A stretch of DNA of 64,000 bases from Gammaproteobacteria bacterium (GTDB taxonomy: Bacteria; Pseudomonadota; Gammaproteobacteria; Eutrophobiales; Eutrophobiaceae), in assembly GCA_965221695.1 (NCBI GenBank), contig OZ244905.1:2701384-2765383 (forward strand), in the 5' to 3' direction. Below the pieces are notes generated by a model. That model was not told the DNA's origin, ran no database searches, and saw only the letters and a program-made list of their open reading frames with translations. Of the stretch, positions 41,369 through 47,463 are shown one piece after another. Both the position numbers and the translations under genes were made by a program. Every line of letters starts with the position of its first letter. Position 1 is the first letter of the stretch.

Positions 41369-43104
41369 CAGCAATACGAGCATTGATGTTGTGTGCGCTT
41401 CTGGTGTACCTGCCGGCAGGCAACAGCCAGACGACCGGTGATGACGCAGAAGCGCCGGCTGTTTCCTCTGCCACTGCACCCGCTGTGCCTGCTGATACGC
41501 CCGTGACAACGGAGGACCCAGCGCAAATAGCCGCCCCCTCAGCGGATACAGCCACGGCGATTGCCGCGGTTGTGCAGGTTCCCGAACCCGTAGATTTCAG
41601 TGCGGTGCGGCCCCACCTGGTGGTCATAAGAGAAGGGATGGACGCCGCCGCACGTCGCACGCCGGGATTCAGCATCAGCGACCAGGGCCATATCCTGACT
41701 TATTCCGGAGAATTACGCGCCCGGGAGTACTACCTTGTCTCGGTTGCAGGCGGTCAGGTCTTTACTGCTGCGCTGCTTGATGAAGATGAAGACACCGGCC
41801 TCATGCTACTGAGGATCGCAGGAGAAGGGCACGGCCTCACCGCCCTGAAGTTTGCCAGAACGACGCTGGAAGCCGCGGTGCCGCTCTATGCAGTACGGTT
41901 CGACCCGGTGCGGGCGGAGCCGTTCGTGCCCGTTCCCGGCACGGTCACGCGGTTGCCTGCAACGGATGAGGAGACACCGGCAATCGTGCATAATGCCCTG
42001 TTCAATACGGCGGCCGCCGGGACGCCCTTGTTCAACCGTTGTTACCAGGCGGTCGGTGTCAGCGTGCTGCAAAGGAAGGGCTTCCCGCCGAGAACTCTCG
42101 ATCCCCAACAACAGGGTAGCGCCATCTCCCTGGCGGCCTACTCGTTGAGCGTGATCCTGGCGTCGGCCAACCTGACCCTGCCCATCGCTGAGGCGGAGTG
42201 CCAGAGTGCGGAGGAGGAGGCGCGACTGCGGCTGGAACAACTTCAGCAGGAAAAAGAGGCGGAGCGGGCAAATGCCGAAGCCCTGGCCCTTGCCGCCGCG
42301 GAGGAAGCGCTGCGCAGGGAGGCGGTAATGAACCTGGAGCGGGAAGCAGCGCAACAGCAGCTTGAACAGGCGCGCCAAGAGAAAGAAGCGGCCCTGCAGG
42401 CGGAGCGGGCAAGTGCCGAAGCCGATAAGCGCCGTTTGGAAGAAGAAGCGCAGCAACAACTTGAACAGGCGCAGCAGGAGAAGGAACAGGCCCTGCAGGC
42501 ACAACAGCAGGAGAATGAACAGGCTCTGCAGGTGGAGCGGCAGGAGACCGAACAGGCCCGGCGGGAAGCCCGGCAGGCGACGCATACGGGGAAACAGATC
42601 CTGCTGTTATCGCTAGCGGTCGTCTTCGTCCTGGCGCTGGTCTTCTTCCTGGTCCTGCGCGCCAGGCGTAAACACCTGCAACGCGTGGAACAGGAAAAAC
42701 AGCAGTTCGCCCAGGACCTGGACAGGGCAGAGGCAGACCTGTCAGACGCCTCCGAGAGGGAGCAGCTACGCGCCGGCGCCCCCGACGTGTTTATCGAGGG
42801 TGTCACGCCGCAGAACGAGCGCATCGCCCTGAAAATACCCGGCGCCTCACTGGTCAAACCCTCAGGTGTCACGGTAGGCAGGAGTCCCTCCGAATCCGAG
42901 TTCGTCATCAATCACGAACAGGTCTCCCGCCGCCATTTCCGCCTCATGCTGGTGTCTGGGCAGGTGATGATCGAAGATATGGGCTCGACCAATGGGACCG
43001 TCGTGAACGGCGTGCCCCTCAGTCCCGGCGCCCGGCAGACGCTGGGCGACGGCAGCCGCATGCAGGTCGGGCGCGTGACGATGACGGTGCGGATAGGTCT
43101 CTGA
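41365..43104 (+). CDS. Bitopic membrane protein: signal peptide, trypsin-like (apparently inactive) periplasmic domain, repetitive coiled coil, TM helix, cytoplasmic FHA domain (operon gene 5)
   Basis: Signal MTAIRALMLCALLVYLPAGNSQ. The HtrA-like layout (GFSISDQGHILTY...DTGLMLLRI...AAAGTPLF) lacks an obvious His or Ser. QQLEQAxQEKExALQA repeats follow, then TM ILLLSLAVVFVLALVFFLVL. The FHA region reads VTVGRSPSESEFVINHEQVSRRHFRL...STNGTVVNG. Confidence 0.65.
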   Translation: MTAIRALMLCALLVYLPAGNSQTTGDDAEAPAVSSATAPAVPADTPVTTEDPAQIAAPSADTATAIAAVVQVPEPVDFSAVRPHLVVIREGMDAAARRTPGFSISDQGHILTYSGELRAREYYLVSVAGGQVFTAALLDEDEDTGLMLLRIAGEGHGLTALKFARTTLEAAVPLYAVRFDPVRAEPFVPVPGTVTRLPATDEETPAIVHNALFNTAAAGTPLFNRCYQAVGVSVLQRKGFPPRTLDPQQQGSAISLAAYSLSVILASANLTLPIAEAECQSAEEEARLRLEQLQQEKEAERANAEALALAAAEEALRREAVMNLEREAAQQQLEQARQEKEAALQAERASAEADKRRLEEEAQQQLEQAQQEKEQALQAQQQENEQALQVERQETEQARREARQATHTGKQILLLSLAVVFVLALVFFLVLRARRKHLQRVEQEKQQFAQDLDRAEADLSDASEREQLRAGAPDVFIEGVTPQNERIALKIPGASLVKPSGVTVGRSPSESEFVINHEQVSRRHFRLMLVSGQVMIEDMGSTNGTVVNGVPLSPGARQTLGDGSRMQVGRVTMTVRIGL

Positions 43105-43818
43105 ATGAACCGTTCATTGTGGTGCGGTTTGATATTTCTCAGCCTCTGGGGTCTGAGTTACCAGGGTGGCGCGGATATTGATGACCAGGAAGAACATTTC
43201 AGGGAGGAGCAGGGGGCGCAACAGGATCAGGAAGCCGCGCGACGGGAACGCAAGCGTGCCCGACAGGCAGAACAGGAGGCGCTCCGGCAACAGGAAGCGG
43301 CGCGCCAGCGCGTGGTTCAGCAAAATCTGTTCGTAACCTTGCTGGCTCTGTTGACCCTGCTGGCCTTGATACTGGCCTTGAGAAAACCCCGGCAGGCCAT
43401 TGTTTGGGCCGCCGGCCACGCAATCGAACCACTCAGTCGGCGCTTCAAACCGGCAGGGCGCTTGCCCGCGCCGGGCGCAGCCCGCGCCGGGACGGCAAAC
43501 GTCGTACTTACGGGCTTTGACAGCCGGGGCAAACCGGTGAATATCCCGTTGCCGGAGGAGGAACTGGATCGGAAACGGGGCGGTTTCACCCTGGGGCGCC
43601 ATCACCTGCTGGTCGATACGGCGCTGGACGATGACCGGATATCGAAGCGCCATGCCCGGTTCACCCGCAACGGTCACGGCTATTTTATCGAAGACCTCAA
43701 TTCGAGAAACGGCACTGTGATCAACGGTGAGCAACCCTGCGCGCCGTTCAAACCCATGCGAATCAGGCCCGGCGACACGGTGCGGCTAGGCGGCATGGAG
43801 TTGCTCGTATCGGCCTGA
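43105..43818 (+). CDS. Membrane-anchored FHA-domain protein (operon gene 6)
   Basis: N-terminal hydrophobic segment, a charged E/Q/R-rich stretch, TM LFVTLLALLTLLALILAL, and a C-terminal FHA (FTLGRHHLLVDTALDDDRISKRHARF...SRNGTVING). The ATG abuts the gene 5 stop. Confidence 0.75.
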   Translation: MNRSLWCGLIFLSLWGLSYQGGADIDDQEEHFREEQGAQQDQEAARRERKRARQAEQEALRQQEAARQRVVQQNLFVTLLALLTLLALILALRKPRQAIVWAAGHAIEPLSRRFKPAGRLPAPGAARAGTANVVLTGFDSRGKPVNIPLPEEELDRKRGGFTLGRHHLLVDTALDDDRISKRHARFTRNGHGYFIEDLNSRNGTVINGEQPCAPFKPMRIRPGDTVRLGGMELLVSA

Positions 43819-43831
43819 TTCGGAAGCGCCC

Positions 43832-44635
43832 GTGAGGCTACGCAGCAAGGAGATCAATGTCTTCAACATGTCCGCGCTGGACCTGTTCGCCTCCGCGCTG
43901 GGTGCGTTTATCCTTATTTCCGTGGTCTTGTTTCCCTATTTTCCCAACACCGGCGATTCCCAGGAACGGGTGGACGAGGTCAAGGCGCAACTGGCTGAGG
44001 CCAATGCGCGATTGGAGGAAACCAGCGCCGAACTGGAGCAGGTCCGCGCCCGGTTGAACCCCGCCCTGGAACAAGAACTGCAGGTCGCACGAGAACAACT
44101 CGGCGCGTGCCAGGCCCGACTCCGGGAGGCAGAGGCCGCGCTAAACGCCTGCCAGGTTGAACAGCGAGAAGTTGCATCATTGGATTCCGCGCTGGGCGCC
44201 TGCGAGAACCGCAACCGGCAGATGCAACAGGAACTGCAATCCTGCGAGAATGAATTGCGCAAGAAATTCGTGCTGGTCGTGATCAGCTGGGGCACGCCGG
44301 ACGATATCGACCTGCACGTGATCGATCCGCAAGGCCGGGAGTTCTTCTACGGGCGCAAACACATCCCCGGTTCCCTGGCAAAACTGGAAGAGGACAACAC
44401 CAGAGGTCCCGGCAATGAGATCTGGCTGCACCCGGCCGCGGAGCCGGGCGCCTACGAGGTTTACTACAAATATTACGATGGATCAACCGGCAACGTGCAG
44501 GTGCGCGGCGCGGCGCTGACGCCCCGCGGCAGGACGGAGTTGCCGGACATCACTCTGCGGTACGTGGGTGAGAAGCCCCTGGTGGCAACCATTTTCGTCA
44601 ATGAGGATGGCAACGCTGAGGTGAGGGCATGGTAA
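43832..44635 (+). CDS. Bitopic protein with MotB/ExbD/TolR-like Asp-containing TM helix, Cys-bearing coiled coil and C-terminal DUF2135 (YfaP)-like domain (operon gene 7)
   Basis: N-terminus MRLRSKEINVFNMSALDLFASALGAFILISVVLF (compare TolR SEINIVPLLDVLLVLLLIF and MotB ADFMTAMMAFFLV). The coiled coil has four xAC(Q/E)/SCE motifs. The C-terminus reads VISWGTPDDIDLHVIDPQGREFFYG...EEDNTRGPGNEIW...PGAYEVYYKYY. Confidence 0.6.
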   Translation: MRLRSKEINVFNMSALDLFASALGAFILISVVLFPYFPNTGDSQERVDEVKAQLAEANARLEETSAELEQVRARLNPALEQELQVAREQLGACQARLREAEAALNACQVEQREVASLDSALGACENRNRQMQQELQSCENELRKKFVLVVISWGTPDDIDLHVIDPQGREFFYGRKHIPGSLAKLEEDNTRGPGNEIWLHPAAEPGAYEVYYKYYDGSTGNVQVRGAALTPRGRTELPDITLRYVGEKPLVATIFVNEDGNAEVRAW

Positions 44636-44660
44636 CGCGGCGGGAGGGGAATTTTCCGCA

Positions 44661-44690
44661 TTGACACGATTTCCCAGGCCCCCTTAGAAT
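44661..44690 (+). promoter_or_regulatory. Sigma-70-like promoter candidate upstream of the kinase gene
   Basis: TTGACA (44661-44666), an 18-nt spacer, then TAGAAT (44685-44690). A perfect 9-bp inverted repeat, ccggtgaca-N11-tgtcaccgg, follows at 44700-44728. Confidence 0.4.
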
Positions 44691-44766
44691 ACGGTTTAAC
44701 CGGTGACACAATTTAATTCTGTCACCGGATTTACGGGGCAAACATAACAAACAAAGACGGCCTTCC

Positions 44767-47373
44767 ATGAACTCCGACCACCTGCATGCCCTACCGCCCG
44801 GCACGCGCCTTGAAGAATTTCGGCTGGAGGCGCAGGTGGGCGCCGGCGGGTTCAGCATCACCTATCGGGCCTATGACGAATTACTGGACAAGGTGGTGGC
44901 CGTCAAGGAATACCTGCCGCGGGATTTCGCCACCCGCACCGCCGGCAATACAGTGGCGCCCATATCCGATGCGGACGCCCGGGATTACCAGTGGGGCCTG
45001 ACCCGGTTCCTGGACGAGGCCCGCACGCTGGCCAGGTTCGACCATCCGCATCTCAACAAGGTGCGTCGTTTCTTCGAGGCCAACGGCACGGCCTACATGG
45101 CGCTGGAGCATATCCATGGCGAGACCCTGGCTACCCGGTTAAGCCGCGAGCGGCGCTTGCCGGAAACGGACCTGCTGCGCCTGCTGGAGGAAGTGTTATC
45201 GGGACTTGCTGTGATTCACGAGGCTGGCTACGTGCACCGGGACATCAAACCGGGCAACCTGATGCTGCGCGAGGAAGACGACAGCATAGTGCTGCTGGAC
45301 TTCGGCGCCGCGCGCCAGGCAGTGGGCCAGAGTTCCAAGTCAATCACCAGCATCCTGACACCGGGCTATGCCCCGATAGAGCAGTACGAAAGCAAAGCGG
45401 ACGCCGTCGGACCGTGGAGTGATATCTATGCATTGGGGATGGTGGCGTACAAGTGCATCAGCGGCGCGGGTGACGGGGAGTTGCCCGATGCCGTGACCCG
45501 GGCCCGCTCCCAACGCAAAGGGGGTAAGGACCTGGCGATGGCGGCGGAGGTGGGCCAGAGCAGGTACAGTGCGAAGCTGCTGGCGGCGATAGACTGGGCC
45601 ATCGAGGTGGATGAGGAGTCCCGGCCGCAGGGGGTGGGTGAGTGGAGTGAGGCGCTGGTGGGGAGCGGGAGCAAGCAACGAGCCGCCAAACCGGCGCCTA
45701 ATACAACGGCACGGTCTGCAAAGGCTCCGGCCACCGAGCGCCAGGGTATGAATTGGTACAGCATGGCCCTGACCGCGGTGATAGTGGTGTTACTGGGAGC
45801 GAGCGCCTGGCAGGGCTGGCGGCTGTATCAGGGGATGCCCGGGCTTGGCGTAGACGGCGCCGCCACGGCAGTTGAGTCGCAGGCAAACGCACAGGGCAAA
45901 GCAGAGTTAGCAGCAGAACCCTATGCACAAACACCAACGGTAACGCCAGAACAAGGCTCCGGGCCTGACGCGCCCACACTGGCCGCGCCGGTTGAGGAAG
46001 ACGAAGTCGCCCGGCTGCTGGCTGCAGCCGAAGCCGACTTGGAGGCAAGACGCCTGACCAGTCCGCAGGGGAACAACGCCTGGGAGAAGTACCGGCGGGT
46101 ATTGGGTTTATCCTCCGCGCACCCCGAGGCCATAGCGGGGATGGAGCGGGTGATCGGGAGTTACATGGACCTGTTCGGCGCTGTTCTGGAGCAGGAGGAT
46201 TTTGACCAGGCGGAGGGGTATCTCTCACGCATCCGCGACCTGCACCCGGATTCGCCACTCTTGTTGACGGGGAAAGAACGTTTGGAACAAGCCCGGCAGG
46301 CTCATGTCGAGCGGTTGGCGGAAGAAGAGCGCCTGCGCCAGGCCGAGGAAGCGGCGCGCCAGGCGGAACAGGAGCGCCAGCGAATAGCACAGGAAATCGA
46401 GAGACACTGGCAGTCCTTTGAGACGGCAATGCAGCAAGACAAATTGGACCGGGCGGAAGACAGTCTCAACCTCGTGCGGGAGTTGGACTCGGACGCGCCG
46501 GGGTTAGCGGATGCGGAACGACGCCTGTCACAGGCGCGGGAAGCATCCCGGCAGAAGGCGCTGCAGTATGCCGGTGAGATGGTCTCCATCCCTGCCGGCA
46601 GTTTCCGCATGGGGGACCTGACAGGCGCTGACGCTGAGAAACCGGTCCACAGTGTGCGAGTCGCGGCCTTCAGCATGGGCAAGTATGAGGTAACGGTGGG
46701 CCAGTTCCAGCGGTTTGTGGAGGCGACGGGGTACCTCACGGATGCGGAGCGTTATACGGACGGCAAAGCAGGTTGTTCTGTCTATACAACAAAAAGATGG
46801 AAGTACACCGAGGGCAAGAGTTGGCGCAATCCGGGGTTTTCAGTCGGAGACAAGCACCCGGTGGTGTGCGTGAACTGGAATGATGTGCAGGCGTTCGTGA
46901 AGTGGCTGAACGGCAATACCGATGGGGATTTCCGCTTGCCGACCGAGGCGGAGTGGGAGTATGCGGTGCGCGCCGGGAGCAGTACGAAGTATCATTTCGG
47001 CAATGATGAGTCACAACTGTGCCGGTTTGCCAGCCATGCGGACAGCGGGACGGATATTGATTGGAAAAACAAGTCCTGCTCGGACGGTGTGGGCGAACGC
47101 ACCGCCGAAGTGGGCCGTTACCAGCCGAACAGTTTCGGGCTGTATGACATGCACGGCAATGTCTGGGAGTGGGTGACAGATTGCTGGAATGAGAGTTATG
47201 TGGGCGCCCCGACAGACGGTAGCGCCTGGACGAATGGGGACTGCAGCCGGCGCGTCATTCGGGGCGGGGCCTGGGACAGCTCACCGTGGAACCTGCGTTC
47301 CGCGCACCGTTACGGGAGCTCCCGTTCGAATCACAGCTCTTATCTGGGCTTTCGCTTGGCCCGGGACAACTGA
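44767..47373 (+). CDS. Transmembrane Ser/Thr protein kinase fused to a C-terminal FGE-sulfatase (SUMF1/formylglycine-generating enzyme family) domain (operon gene 8)
   Basis: Kinase motifs GAGGFSITY, VAVKEY, HRDIKPGNLML, DFGAAR and TPGYAPIEQY. TM WYSMALTAVIVVLLGASAW. A helical/coiled periplasmic linker follows. The FGE domain reads MVSIPAGSFRMGD...FRLPTEAEWEYAVRAG...GLYDMHGNVWEWV...RVIRGGAWDS...LRSAHR. Confidence 0.85.
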   Translation: MNSDHLHALPPGTRLEEFRLEAQVGAGGFSITYRAYDELLDKVVAVKEYLPRDFATRTAGNTVAPISDADARDYQWGLTRFLDEARTLARFDHPHLNKVRRFFEANGTAYMALEHIHGETLATRLSRERRLPETDLLRLLEEVLSGLAVIHEAGYVHRDIKPGNLMLREEDDSIVLLDFGAARQAVGQSSKSITSILTPGYAPIEQYESKADAVGPWSDIYALGMVAYKCISGAGDGELPDAVTRARSQRKGGKDLAMAAEVGQSRYSAKLLAAIDWAIEVDEESRPQGVGEWSEALVGSGSKQRAAKPAPNTTARSAKAPATERQGMNWYSMALTAVIVVLLGASAWQGWRLYQGMPGLGVDGAATAVESQANAQGKAELAAEPYAQTPTVTPEQGSGPDAPTLAAPVEEDEVARLLAAAEADLEARRLTSPQGNNAWEKYRRVLGLSSAHPEAIAGMERVIGSYMDLFGAVLEQEDFDQAEGYLSRIRDLHPDSPLLLTGKERLEQARQAHVERLAEEERLRQAEEAARQAEQERQRIAQEIERHWQSFETAMQQDKLDRAEDSLNLVRELDSDAPGLADAERRLSQAREASRQKALQYAGEMVSIPAGSFRMGDLTGADAEKPVHSVRVAAFSMGKYEVTVGQFQRFVEATGYLTDAERYTDGKAGCSVYTTKRWKYTEGKSWRNPGFSVGDKHPVVCVNWNDVQAFVKWLNGNTDGDFRLPTEAEWEYAVRAGSSTKYHFGNDESQLCRFASHADSGTDIDWKNKSCSDGVGERTAEVGRYQPNSFGLYDMHGNVWEWVTDCWNESYVGAPTDGSAWTNGDCSRRVIRGGAWDSSPWNLRSAHRYGSSRSNHSSYLGFRLARDN

Positions 47374-47463
47374 AACGAAGGCATTATAAAGACTCTATAC
47401 ACAGGACTATCCGGCTGGATTCCCTTTTCCCCTTCTATCTCATCGGCAATCGCCTGGCGAACT

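Noticed and set aside
41806-42911. Antisense ORFs (41806-42585, 42059-42502, 42243-42911) across the gene 5 coiled-coil region, and 45698-46429 opposite the kinase linker.
   Set aside because: The sense strand encodes a coherent signal-domain-coiled coil-TM-FHA protein. The antisense frames stay open only because the GAG/CAG/GCG-rich repeats lack stop codons on the complement.
38277-47373. Assigning the FHA/PP2C/kinase operon to a type VI secretion threonine-phosphorylation pathway.
   Set aside because: No TssA-M, Hcp, VgrG or ClpV genes occur anywhere in the 64-kb window. The kinase has an FGE-like ectodomain rather than the PpkA vWA-type domain. A T6SS located elsewhere in the genome cannot be excluded.
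46500-47373. Treating the FGE-sulfatase domain as a bona fide sulfatase-maturing enzyme.
   Set aside because: There is no sulfatase gene nearby, and the domain is fused to a kinase behind a TM helix. Catalytic residue status cannot be judged without an alignment.
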